Shown here in pieces: positions 51,888-64,000 of a DNA stretch of 64,000 nt. Below the pieces are notes generated by a model. That model did no database searches. It was not told the origin of the DNA and saw only the letters and a program-made list of their open reading frames with translations. Position 1 is the stretch's first letter. Each line of letters begins with the position of its first letter. Position numbers and translations under genes: made by a program. Origin of the DNA: Botryllus schlosseri (Eukaryota); contig CM119372.1 of the NCBI GenBank assembly GCA_051294905.1, positions 9,550,001 through 9,614,000 on the forward strand. Direction: 5' to 3'.

Positions 51888-54800
51888 GCTATAACGCTTC
51901 AAGCATATCTGCCCAGTCGATAGCTCCATCAGTTTCAATTGGCTCGCCGTCGTTGGCCTCTTCCAAGTTCTCGAAAAAGTTGACATTGCCGTCTGGATCA
52001 ACTGTGAAATGATGAAGTGCACATTGCTACTGTGTTCAGCTATGGATCTGTCAGGGGACAACATATGTCGTCTTTTCTCAATAAAACAAAAATGTCCTCG
52101 GAGGACCCCCAAATTTCCCTTTATTTTCGCAATACGTCCTCTCTTTTTTATTTTAGTTTTAGGCAACTATACAGAGACAACTGGTACGTGGCAGATCCCT
52201 GGAGTGTACAATAGGGTCTTCAAAAATGACTTTTATTCTCTAATCGTACTGGCTACTTGATAAAATTGTTAGGTTACCTAATTTGATATGAATAAAATAG
52301 TATTTACGGTGACCAATTCTTCAATTATTTGTTATAGTGGTGCCCACGGTAAATACTATTTTATTCAAATCCAAATTTTTCGACGGCAATAACTCCGCAT
52401 CCACTGGTTGGATTGAACCAAATTTGGTGAACATCGTTTCTATAGACAACCTAACACTTTCATAGGGTGAACAGAAAATTTGAAAATTTTTTGTTATATA
52501 GTTTTATACAATAAATAGAAACTTTCTTCTCCTGTAGCAATGCGGCTACTCGTTGAAATTGAACCAAATTTAGTGTGTAGGTTTAAATTAGGTAACCTAA
52601 CAATTTTATCAAGTAGCCAGTACGATTTGAGAAAAAAAGTCATTTTTGAAGACCCCTGCGGTATGTACAATGGGACATCTACAACAGTAGGTCAATGAAG
52701 GGTGTAAAATGTCAAATTCAGCGACAGTGCAACCGCTGTACTACCAATGGAGCACACAGTTGAACTTTTGAATTTGAGTATTAATCAAATTTACAATGGA
52801 TTGCAATCATGCATGTTTAGTTTATGGCAACACTAACTTGAAGGAGCGTGCACACCGTGTTATGGCACAGTTAGGAACAACAAAAACCAAAACACTTTCT
52901 AATAAAGGATGTATCCGGCAACATTTCATTTGTGGTTTGATGAAAGGTACATATTTCAATGTTGCTCGTGGGTATGATGTCATTCAATACTCAACTCAAA
53001 ATCGAATCGCTGAGGTACAGGATGACGCCTAGTCCTAATTAATAGCAGTAAAATTCTATAAACAAGGTTGCCAACAAACTCAAGTAGTTGAAGAGCGAAA
53101 TTTGTAAACTGATGGCGAAAGAAAATGGTTAAACCATCGCCCATCTAACTGCGGTCTCCTTGTCGAAAGTAACGACACAATCAGAAATAACCATAGATCT
53201 CTAAAATATAGGCCCCGTAGTGTTACACTTACAAGACTTCACCCTTCAAGAAAAGGGTAATTCTTAGACACGAGGTCACAAGGCAACGCTTCTACAAGGT
53301 GTTGTAAGAATTCGAGGACGCGGATAGCTCGCGTGCCAGTTCGCACAAAATGTCCCTACCTTCATCGATCATCATTTCCTCACAGTATAACCGCATAGGC
53401 GATTCGTCTTTCTCTTTTTTAATGTGAATCTCGTCGAACGCACGCGCGGACGTCGACGACGGTGCAGCGCCATCTACACCACTGCCCTCAATAATCGAGC
53501 CCACGTTCGGTTCGACGCGGTTTTCATTTTGCGAGAAACCACGAGTTCTGAAACAAGCTGCAAAGACAGACGCGATTTGAAACTAGACATGTTACCCAGT
53601 CGGAAAACAGATAACAATACCGTCTGGCACAAGTCCCATGTCGTCCAGGTCGAGGTCCAAGGTCTTTCTCAGATGCTGCAAGGACCATCTGCGTTTGCAC
53701 AGTGACTTTGAGAAAGCCGGCAATTCGCGTACATTTCTCACGGCAAAAATATGACAGCACGGCAGCCCCATCACAGTGAACACCATGCAGGGACAAGAAG
53801 TAGGGGTGCAGTAGATCTCCCCGTATTTCGGACTGATAATGGTGCATTGTTCAACATCGTCGTTATCCAAAATTTTCACCGTGACCGAAGATCGTATTTG
53901 CTCCTTCACGAGCGAGTTCGCGTAGGGGGTCAAAAAATTGCGATACTGGATCTCGGCCATCCGGAACTGTGACGTGACAATGGGACCCTTTGTTGTGATG
54001 TTGACTGCTTTTTGCTTTCTCTCGAGCTGCATCGAAGACACAGTGGATAGCAACAGGCTAAAGAAACTAGATGCTGACTCGTACCCTTTACACACGAGGG
54101 TCAGATTGTGTTCGATCTGTTCCATCCCGCAATTCTTTTGGTTTAAAAATGACGAATTGGAATCCTTGAGAAAATCCACCCATTGGCTTTTTTTCCTGTG
54201 CCAGTTCAAGAGAAAGTAGTTGTAAAGAGCGGGCGGCGCGTACAGCTTAAAACGATGGAAGCTCGCGCGGTATGACTGTTCGTCTTTCGCGAGAGCCATA
54301 TTATGAAAGAGTTCTGCGCATGTGTCTCTTTCTTGCGTGTTCTGAAACGCGATGCCCTTGCTGGACGAAACCTTCGTATTGTAAGCTCGCACGGCGTAAC
54401 GATAGCACATAAAAGAGGTCGCGTTCGGAAAATGAGACATAACGACTTTCGAGTACTTGGAACAGAAAGAATAATCGACCATGACCGACTTGGTCTGACG
54501 GCTTTCCGGATTAAATTTCAGAAATGTCTCCACAAGAAATGAAACGATATCTGCTTTTTCTTCCATGGCAAAGCAGAAACCGACAATCGTGCACTGCCCG
54601 TTTCCGTCTGCATTCATCAGGACGTGCAGCTTTATTCTCAAAGCTGAAATTTCATAGCTCGAGTCGATGATCAGCACTTCCGGATACGCTTCAAAATTGT
54701 TCTCCATTTGTTCCGTTTGGAAAAAAAGCGCATACGGCTTCATGCCGTCTTCATAGATTTCACAATTTGCCCCTAAAATTACCAAAGGATCAAGTAAACG

Positions 54801-56618
54801 TAGGAAGATTTTTACTTTTCCAACCAAAATTGACTATCATTAAATCTATCACAAGACACATTCACATTCTATATGTATTATCCAGTCCAACCCCTAACCC
54901 CAACCTTAGTTGAACTAAACATCATTGGCTTTTGTCACTCAAATGAAATTGACATAACTTGAAGAACTTCCAATTATGTATAAAATAATATATTCCGTTA
55001 CAGGCCTCACCCACCTGCTACTGAATACATCTGTTCTGTGAGATGCTTGAATGCAATGCGTCTGCCTCGGATCCTCTTTATTTTCGGAGTAACCTCCTTT
55101 AACGGTTCTGCGTCATCATTTTTGCGTCGTTTGGTGATTATGAGAGGAGCGCTTTTATCAACAGATTTCCGTTTATGAGTCTGAACATTGTCAAGATAAT
55201 ATTCCTCGTGCGCCTTGTCCGATTTCAATGTGACTTCTTCATAATACTCTTCCCCTTCATACAGCGAGTCCAGATGCCGTCTTAATTTTGAGATTACATG
55301 TAGCCGCATTGTCCACATCCACAGAACACCAAAGGTCATGTAATCTTACTTGGTATCTGAATCCATATAATCTTGGGATGTCAGACACGTCGACGATGAA
55401 GAAGGTGCGATCTTACTAATCGCTGTGATTTTGTACAATTTCTGTTAGAGAAAATCGGATAATGCACGCATGTAAATTAAATATTATCTGACTATCCATT
55501 CACCTGCGATATTTTATGATTGTGGACATCGTTAATTTTTTTAACTTCGAGCTGTTGGTAGTCGTTCGTCAATCCAAATTTGATCTCCGCATTGCATTTC
55601 TCATGTTCTGAACTCAAGTATTCTGGAGAAATTCCCAATCTGAAACCGGACTCATCGGATTATTAGGCGAAATTCAGCGTTACCTTCCATGATGCTACTC
55701 CATGGATGTGTAGATGGGGGATTTGCATCGTATCAATTTGATTCAACATCGGGAGGTTTTTCGGTCTATCCTCCATTTTGGATGATGAATAAAGGCCGAT
55801 GCTATACATACAGTTACCAACATAGTTTATCTGCTCTATTGTGTTCACAAGCCATTTAACATCATTTTGTATTCATAATAAATTATCATCGTAAATTGAT
55901 TGCAAAATGCAACGACTTGAATAGGCCTACCTCTTCTACTTCGAAAATTTGATTAGACTATACTCAAAATGGGAACTTACTTGATGACACATGACTTATG
56001 ACTTGAAAGTAGGGCTTGTTCATAACACTGTTATCTTGTGATGCATTTCACAAAATTCTAGCAATTAATTTGTCCAATGGATTTGATATTCTTTCAATTT
56101 CTTTGCCACCTTAGGTCATGACAAGGAGTCAAAGTCTATATATATATATATGACTCAGATGCAACAATATAACAATTGTGGTGCGCAGCCAGTAATGTAA
56201 TATCAACCAGCTACCAAGCATTCAATAGTCTGTCGTCATGACATGACCTCGCGCAATCTTCAGCAATTTTCCAATACACAATGAAGAAACGCATTTGAAC
56301 TAGTCTGGTTGGTACAAATGATATTGAAGTGAAGGTATTCTTAGTTTCTCACCTTATGTACGTCTGCGTCCTATTAGCATCTCTCCTTCCACAAACACAT
56401 ATATAATGTAGACTGTGATATTCAAGAGCGGGATTTGCGAGGATTGCAATGTTGGGACGTCTTCGAACAGCTCCATTTAGGGTTACGCAGTCTCGTAATA
56501 GCAAAGGAACTTGAGACTGTTGTTGGACAGCTGTTATCTTCTCTTTGACTTCATCGTAAGATGAGAATTTGTCACCAACTTCGATATCGATGAACTCTTT
56601 GCGGTATCTAGTAGCCAT
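51888..56618 (-). CDS. MULE-transposase-derived SWIM zinc-finger protein (ZSWIM3-like), paralog 2, multi-exon
   Basis: Exons homologous to paralog 1: approximately 56618-56353, 55640-55505, 55441-55351, 55280-55015, 54772-53622, 53557-53360, 52003-51888 (..VDPDGNVNFFENLEE..WADMLEAL*). Same MULE and SWIM motifs; homologous 3' UTR with AATAAA on the minus strand at about 51362. Confidence 0.82.
52212..52657. mobile_element. Palindromic hAT(m)-like MITE, family E
   Basis: Ends TAGGGTCTTCAAAAATGACTTTT / AAAAGTCATTTTTGAAGACCC; homologous to 60125-60786. Confidence 0.8.
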
Positions 56619-56821
56619 ATGGCAACTCTGAAAGACATGATTATTATTATTGTTGAACAAAGGCCTTTGACCCGCGAGTCAGATGCAGCCCACAAAGCAA
56701 TGCTGAGTATATAGGCTACATACCGTACAAAAATCTTTGTTCTTAGTCTAGTATATTTATAATATAAGTTGATATTTTTAATATTCTCTCAATAACTTCA
56801 GATTTAAAGGTCTGTCGGCAA

Positions 56822-57228
56822 CAGGGTTGTAACCAAGTGTCAAGGTTCTGAGTCACAAGTCGATTTTACTTGTATAGTTTTGACCAGAATTAAGTCCAGT
56901 CGTTTTCACACTTAACCATCCAGTTACCTCCGAGTTCAATTCATAGAGTTCACTGTTCATTATTGAGTTCAAGTCTCACTCACTTCTGTGAAATCCCTGG
57001 GTGATATCAAGCGCCGCACATTGATAATATACTCATTTTTCACACTCTTAACATTTTATTCAAACAAATAAAATTGGGTTTTTGTCCCTATTTTCAAGAA
57101 TCGGTTCTGATACACGAGACTTGAATCCATTAATAGAGAATGCAAAAGTCGAGTCAATACTATGTCGACTAAGAAAATGACTCGAATGAATGCAAAATTG
57201 CTACTCAAGTCGAGTCATTACGACCCTG
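56822..57228. mobile_element. hAT-type MITE, family C (reverse orientation)
   Basis: TIRs CAGGGTTGTAA / TTACGACCCTG; TSD GTCGGCAA. A degenerate copy lies at about 42019-42290. Confidence 0.85.
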
Positions 57229-58397
57229 GTCGGCAATATTGCGTTTTCACGCTATTCAACATTTAGTATGAGTCAGCGACATCCATACCTAATTCCAACA
57301 AGGCAAAATAGTTCACACTCAGGGAAAATTGATCAAAAGACCATAGAAGAGGCAAAAACGCCAGTACTTAACTGTCGTACACAAGCTACATAGGTCTCAA
57401 CGAATAAAATCCAAATATCAGTGATTGCACATTCGAACTGCTATATAAATACTAACTCAAAAGGTCGTCAGCCTCGAAAATCTATTTGGTCCTGATTCTA
57501 TTTCTATCCATTAAATTAATGTGCATTTTCACAGTAGCCTCTGTTAATTTCGGTAAAATAATATTCCACCTTCTGTAGGGAGATGAGTTCTTTAGTGTGG
57601 TGGTTCGAAAATCTTTTTTTAATCTGTAATCCAGAATTGTCTGTCTGTGGAAACCTGAATGTTGATTCAGAAAAACAAATGTCGATGTGTCCGCATTTCA
57701 GTTAGATCTCTTGCATTCCTCACAACCCATAACCAGGGCTAGCACCACATCACGACTTAAACAATGGAAGCCTCAGTGAGTATAGAAAAACGCCAACTTA
57801 TAACAGTTTAACTCTCTGGATAAGAGCTATAATGTTTTAGCAACTTATTGTAATGTATTGGTTAATCATCGTATAGTATTCAATTCCATTAATTGCAAAT
57901 AATATTGTTCTAGATTATAGAATAAAGCATCTGTGATCGGTAATATACTAATATTATATATTTTAGTGTAGGCCTAGGCTTGATGTCGAATCATTCAATT
58001 GAAAAACGAAGACTATATTAATTTGGAGGTAACGATTTGGCACTAGAATGGTGCTGTTGTATAACATTGCCCAACCTCGTGTTACAGTAGATTACATATT
58101 TTGGATACTAAAGTGATACGGCCAACCGAGGAGGCTGCGCCGGCAAGCAGGCATCGAATATATATTTCACGTAGATATGACTACCTAATCAGGTAGGATT
58201 AGGAAGCATTTAAATCAACTCAAATCATTGTGGCATGCCAACTGCCCAGGACTCCGCGTGCAAGTCGCCATAGTAACAGAACTTCCACCGCAAGCCCTTC
58301 ACTTATTTCAATTAAACTAAGCTGCGTTCATGTTGCCGCTACTCGGAAGACGTACGAAGGAGAAAACACTGGACGAGCACGAGCATCCTTCCTTATG

Positions 58398-59572
58398 GGC
58401 CCTGTGGATATAAAGCTGTATCAGCTGTACCAGCTGTATCAGCTGTATCACTCTGTGGATATAAAGCTGTATCAGCTGTATCACCCTGTGGATATAAAGC
58501 TGTATCAGCTGTATCACCCTGTGGATATAAAGCTGTATCAGCTGTATCACCCTGTGGATATAAAGCTGTACCAGCTGTATCAGCTGTATCACTCTGTTGA
58601 TATAAAGCTGTATCAGCTGTATCACCCTGTGGATATAAAGCTGTATCAGCTGTATCACCCTGTGGATATAAAGCTGTATCAGCTATCAGCTGTAACACGG
58701 CTATATCAGCTTTATCACTCTTCCTGTATGGAATCGGTGTCTTGTGTTCAAACAATTCTTGATTTTTTTACTATTATTTTTTAATTACTTCAACTTTGAG
58801 AATCACCGCTGCTCCCATATTATAGACAAACCGTACCGAGATTCACTCAGGTATCACTCTGCAATTAGTATCAGGTCTATACAATGTCTGGGATGCGCGA
58901 AATAGTCTAGGAGGCTGTCACACATTTAGCGAGTCAGCTCTTCTCGCCTACATGCGCGAAGATAGAGAAATTTCTATATTTCATGATTGAGTCGGTCAAT
59001 ATATGATCGAGAATCGCATATAGATTGCGATCAATTTTTTTAACGTCTCTCTGCTCACGTAATCTAATTTAGGCTACCGGCCAGTAGAACTGAGTGAGGT
59101 GTGTTTGAAAAGGTAGCACCCCTCGAATAATAATTAATTAAACATCTCCGGATGTGTATACCCGTTGGCAGGAATGAAGCAGCACTTCATCAGGCTCCCC
59201 AAAAAAACTGGAATCATGGGCTCTTATAGGGTGATAAACCGTCCCCCATCACGTTGTTCGCTTTTGCCACGAAATTATTGTTGTAATGTTTAGTGAGCCA
59301 TCGTTAAGCGCAAAAATTTTCAATAATTCATGATAAAATCGGCCTATAATATCGGGATACAGCTGATACAGCTTTATATCCACAGGGTGATACAGCTTTA
59401 TATCCACAGAGTGATACAGCTGATACAGCTTTATATCCACAGGGTGATACAGCTTTATATCCACAGAGTGATACAGCTGATACAGCTGGTACAGCTGATA
59501 CAGCTTTATATCCACAGAGTGATACAGCTGATACAGCTGGTACAGCTGATACAGCTTTATATCCACAGGGCC
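58398..59572. mobile_element. Foldback element (GG..CC termini, 8-bp TSD) with minisatellite arms
   Basis: Ends GGCCCTGTGGATATAAAGCTGTA / TACAGCTTTATATCCACAGGGCC; TSD TCCTTATG (58390-58397, 59573-59580). Arms are built of CTGTGGATATAAAG(CTGTATCAG)n units at 58400-58720, inverted at 59355-59570. Confidence 0.9.
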
Positions 59573-60124
59573 TCCTTATGCCTATGCCACTTGCCAAGCG
59601 ACTCATTCGAAAGCAAAGCATGTAAATGTTTATGTACCTCAATGGAAAATAATAATCTCTCGCGCCATCTTATCGACGAAAATGTTGGAATTTAGGAAAA
59701 TGCGATGTAAAAAAAGGAGGCATGCACATTTGACATTGAATAAAAAGGAAAAGAAGATCATGTAAAAGGACAGGTGACTAAAAGGTGGCATGCGGCGGAA
59801 ATCGAGATCGATATGTCAGGTCATGGTCCCGTAAACTAGCGGGCTAACTAGTATTTATTCGGTAATGTGGACTGGACATGCTCGACGACTGTCGGATAGC
59901 CGGTGAGATACTGCTCGACACTACAGGTCCGGAATAATTGATAGAGCGGTGTGGCCCACATAGGTAGACCGCTAAAACTGTCAGTTGACGGATTACGAAT
60001 ATTAGGTGATTCCTTCGCTTCGTGTAGACACAGGTGCGTAGCCAGGGGGTTTCGGGGGTCGAAACACCCTCCTTAATCGCGAAACCCCGTCATTTTGAAA
60101 TACCGTTCTGACGCCAATATTCAG

Positions 60125-60786
60125 TAGGGCTCTTCAAAAATGACTTTTTTTCTCAGATCGTACTGGCTACTTGATAAAATTGTTAGGTTACTTAATTTAA
60201 GCCTACACACAAAATTTGGTTCAATTCCAGCCAGTAACCGCTTTGCTACAGGAGAAGAAAGTTTCCATATATTATATATAAATCAATAATAAAAATTTGA
60301 AAATTTTCTGTTCACCCCATGAAAGTGTTAGGCCGTCTGTAGAAACGATTCTCACCAAATTTGGTTCAATTCCAACCAGTGGAAGCGGAGTTATTGCCGT
60401 CGAAAAATTTGAATTTGAGTAAAACAGTATTTACGGTGACCGATTCTTTGTTTATTTATTATAGTTGTGCTCACCGTAAATACTATTTTATTCAAATCCA
60501 AATTTTTCGACGGCAATAACTTCGCTTCCACTGGTTGAAATTGAACCAAATTTGGTGAGCATCGTTTCTATAGACAGCTCAACACATTCATAGGGTGAGC
60601 AGAAAATTTTCAAATTTTTTATTATTTATTTTTATATGATAAATAGAAACTTTCTTCTCCTGTAGCAAAGCGGTTACTGGCTGGAATTGAACCAAATTTT
60701 GTGTGTAGGCTTAAATTAGGTAACCTAGCAATTTTATCAAGTAGCCAGTACGATTTGAGAAAAAAAGTCATTTTTGAAGAGCCCTA
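60125..60786. mobile_element. Palindromic hAT(m)-like MITE, family E (full length)
   Basis: Ends TAGGGCTCTTCAAAAATGAC / GTCATTTTTGAAGAGCCCTA; near-complete hairpin; TSD ATATTCAG at 60117-60124, with the second copy displaced to 63411-63418. Confidence 0.9.
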
Positions 60787-61258
60787 AAGGGTCGATCACA
60801 CACAATGCGACCAGATCAACAGCGATCGATGCGGCGGAGCATTTCTTTGTATCTTTATCTTAATGATCGCGAGCGCGATTCCGTCCGAATGACGATGCGA
60901 CGAGAGGGCGATGGTACCTATTTTGTTGCTGTGGTTGTCGTGCTGACATATCGTACGAGGGCAGTGAGCGATGCATGTGAATGGCGATTGTGGTACTAGA
61001 CAAGAAAGACAGAAGGCTTTTGGTGATGTTGTTGCATAGCGATTGGTGTAATATAACTAGTCTGATTTGAACAAACTACCCATTTTGAAAATTAAGTAGT
61101 TCTATACCGGTAGTTGCGCATTTTTCAAATCCAGTAGTTAGTACAAATCTGTGTGCTGTGGTACATTTGCTTTGGGCAGAGTTGCGGGTACCTCTGTATC
61201 TTCATATCACATCAATGACTCTGTATTTATACCTTGCAGTGTATTTATATCTTGCAGT

Positions 61259-62030
61259 ATGATATTAACTCCTGATCAGAAGAAAGCCTTGGCAATTTTG
61301 TGCATTCGCAGAAGATTGAAAAAAAAGATGCAGGCCAGATCGCTCTGGGTGCATCCTATTTTACAACGGAGCAATCGATGGGAAACATGTTCAGATGGAA
61401 TGTCCCGCAAATAGTGGTTCATTGTTTTACAACTACAAAGGAACTTACAGTGTGGTTTTGATGGCGGTTGTTGACGCAGAGTACAGGATCCGTTTCGCTC
61501 AAGTTGGAAGCTATGGACGCGAATCGGATGGAGGAATTTTCCGCGATTCACCATTTGGGCGTGCACTAGCTGCAAATGAACTGCAGCTACCTGCAGATCG
61601 GGAAGTTGAGCCAGGAAAGCCTCCGTTGCCATATGTATTTGTTGGCGATGAAGCCTTCCCCCTATCATATCACCTGATGAGACCATACCCTGGAAAATAC
61701 CTGGCCCAACCGAGATACGTTTATAATAAACGACTATCTCGGGCACGGCGTGTCGTGGAGAATGCGTTTGGCATCCTCGTCCAACGTTTCCGGATTCTAC
61801 TAAAGCCTGTCCCCCTAAAGGTCGAAAATGTGGATAACATGGTCAAGGCAATTTGTTGTCTCCACAATTTTCTGCTCAAACATTCGCCCAACTATACCGA
61901 ATCTTCTACGGATGATATCATTCCTGAGGATCGTTCGATGGATCATTATACTGGAAATTCCACTACTATTGCAAAAAACGTTCGAAATGCCTACACCGAC
62001 TATTTCAATAGTCATCCAATCATTCACTGA
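61259..62030 (+). pseudogene. Harbinger (HARBI1-like) DDE transposase, internally deleted and frameshifted
   Basis: The N-terminus (..RSLWVHPILQR) abuts GAIDGKHV out of frame at about 61368. C-terminal motifs FYNYKG, SDGGIF, FVGDEAFPL, YNKRLSRARRVVENAFGIL and CCLHNF are intact. Confidence 0.88.
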
Positions 62031-62110
62031 AACTGAATTCACTGAGTACATGTTGAATTCACTGAGTACATGTATTGGTTTGTTGTTCAATGAAAACATT
62101 ACAGCTGAAT

Positions 62111-63230
62111 TCACTGAGTACATGTATTGATTTGTTGTGCAGTTAGAACATTACGTTTCGCCTTCGAAATACACTGCGTAATTTCTTCTATCACTTCAGA
62201 TCTCTTAGGTTCTTCGATGGTCTTCAGTGATCCTGTGATAAATCTGGCAAAGTAGTCGAGTTCATCAGAATCTTGTTTCAAGTGTTTGAGAACAAGCGAA
62301 TCAAAGTCGTCTAGCACCTCCGTACGCTTTCTCGCGGGAGTCATGCTTGTGTTCTGTGTTGAAGATAGGCTTGATATTTTTGAAGAGACTGATGGCAAGG
62401 GAGAGCTATAGCTTTCTTGTGTAGGAGATGACAACACGTCCCCGGTAGATTCCAGATCCGTAGAATTTGATTGAGCCTCGATAGCTTCAGCTTCAGGATC
62501 TAAATCTGCAGAAACGGGTTCCTCCTGTACTAACTCGATCATGATCGTTTTATCCATGTTACTGGATGTCCTGCAAAAAGAAGTGAATTTGTAATGTGTG
62601 CGAGAAAATCGGTAGTCAATGATTTCATAGACTCGTAATATTATTCATCATACGGCCTAATCATCCCCTTGATAACATTTTCATCAAATATAAATACACT
62701 GATTGCGATATAATGAACATATAGGCATAGGTTATTTGATGAAAGATAAATTAAATAAATATAACGGTGAAGATGGAAGTTTCGTGTTTTATTGAAAATG
62801 AGATGAAACAAGGACAATTCGAAGAAAGGAAGATGGTATGGTATGCGAACCAAACTCACGTTCTTGACTGCACAGTGCACATACGGTTCGATGAAAGCCA
62901 TCTGCTTCTGAAGGGGCCACTCACTGATAAAGCTTGCCCCTGCTCCACTTTTCTTCAGTCTCTTCCCATCACGGCGATTCCTCATGTACTTCTGCCTTAA
63001 AGAGTCCCATTTAGCTTTAGCCTCTTCTGCTGTACGACAATTAATTAAAAGATAAGATAGACATAACAGTAGACAATATTTCATTTTTCACCTGGTATGT
63101 TCAAGGCCTTGCCAATGCTTGTCCAGCTCTGTTCACGAAGAGAAGACTTCCTGTAGGACTTTGTCGATTGGTCATATAAATACACATGCTGCCTGACCAA
63201 CAAAATCAGCGTCTCTTCGAAATCATACAT
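62111..63230 (-). pseudogene. Harbinger ORF2: MADF/Myb-SANT-like DNA-binding protein, 3 exons, apparent frameshift
   Basis: MYDFEETLILLVRQHVYLYD..W.SIG..|AEEAKAKWDSLRQKY..KSGAGA..WPLQKQMAFIEPY, followed by an S/T-rich region and DELDYFARFI. Exon 2 and exon 3 phases agree only if a 7-nt duplication at about 62870 is removed. Confidence 0.8.
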
Positions 63231-63657
63231 TATTCCAGTTCTGCAAACTATTCCTGTGCATAGTCAGCCGAAAGCTTCGCTGGAGACAAACTTTCACTGG
63301 ACTCGCGCAGCCTGTTCACTGTTTTGTTCAGTGTGGCCACCCTGTGGCTGTGGTTGGAGTGAGAACAAAACCGCGCGTTGGAATGTTTCATTGTGTGTGA
63401 TCGACCCTTAATATTCAGTTGCAATTCAACAAGTCGTATTATCAGTGTTGTGTGCGGCCAATTAGCTAGATTCGTCTGAGCACATTGCACAATGTAACGC
63501 GACGCGAAGCACACGATCTCCCGCTGAGATGATTGCGAAATTAGATCATTGATTGCCGCGCTATCGGCAATCGTTGCTGGCCTGGTTTATCGCGTCTCCA
63601 GCGAGCCAAGCTCCGCTGGCTTGAATAACCGCAAAAGGCCCGGTGCGCACTAAAACA

Positions 63658-64000
63658 CAGTGTTGGGATCAAGTCACTACCTTCGAGTCACGAGTCATTG
63701 CACGTTTTGACTTGAGTCAAGTCAAGTCAATCGATTTTCGAAGGTGACTCGAGTCAAGTCAAGTCAAGTCACTCGATTTTTATAGGTGACTCGAGTCAAG
63801 TCAAGTCACGAGTCAAGTCACAATTCAAGTCAAGTTGCCTTTTCGAATTATGAGGCATGATTATGTCATTGTATTTTGCTGACTGTCTGAAATACAGATT
63901 GAGTGATCATTTATTTTGAACCGATGAACGAGTATAATAGAGTTTAATATACACGGAAAAAGGGGCTGTATCGCTCACATATACGTAGAACTGCTAAACT
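63658..64000. mobile_element. hAT-type element, family D (truncated by the window end)
   Basis: CAGTGTTGGGATCAAGTCACTACCTTCGAGTCACG start, as at 31113. Confidence 0.85.

Larger units (their letters stand above)
60788..63408. mobile_element. PIF/Harbinger transposon (defective) with convergent transposase and MADF/Myb-like genes
   Basis: 20-bp perfect TIRs AGGGTCGATCACACACAATG; 3-bp TSD TAA (60785-60787, 63409-63411). Confidence 0.93.

Noticed and set aside
59355..59570. TATCCACA repeats resembling bacterial DnaA boxes
   Set aside because: Only 8 of 9 bases match, and they are part of a transposon arm in animal DNA; most likely coincidental.
58230..59695. Repetitive ORFs (e.g. YQLYHPVDIKL, DTADTALYPQG) as proteins, or the arrays as CRISPR
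   Set aside because: They are translations of minisatellite arms whose units are multiples of 3. There are no unique spacers or cas genes, and the context is eukaryotic.

Overview
Intron-rich, AT-rich animal genomic DNA. The many short GT-AG introns, dense MITEs and gene families suggest a tunicate/ascidian or similar invertebrate deuterostome (inference). Host genes, in order: (1) a 5-exon heparan-sulfate 3-O-sulfotransferase-like gene whose catalytic and PAPS-binding residues are all substituted; (2) an intronless orphan 7TM receptor; (3) tRNA-Leu(AAG); (4) PDIA5 (PDIR); (5) HACD1/2; (6) an intronless SLC25A20; (7) two tandem intron-containing MULE-transposase/SWIM (ZSWIM3-like) paralogs with a THAP-domain gene between them. 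The main find is at PDIA5. The canonical gene ends in a 20-codon KTEL exon, and about 1 kb downstream a homologous in-phase alternative exon opens 18 more exons encoding six additional thioredoxin domains ending in RDEL. This predicts a roughly 1,250-aa, 10-domain ER oxidoreductase isoform with 8 CxxC motifs. Introns and intergenic DNA carry more than 20 DNA-transposon derivatives, most with readable TIRs and TSDs: hAT, a hATm foldback made of two 3' ends, a defective Harbinger, and GG..CC-type foldbacks with telomere-like or minisatellite arms. All exon coordinates were read by eye and may be off by a few bases.
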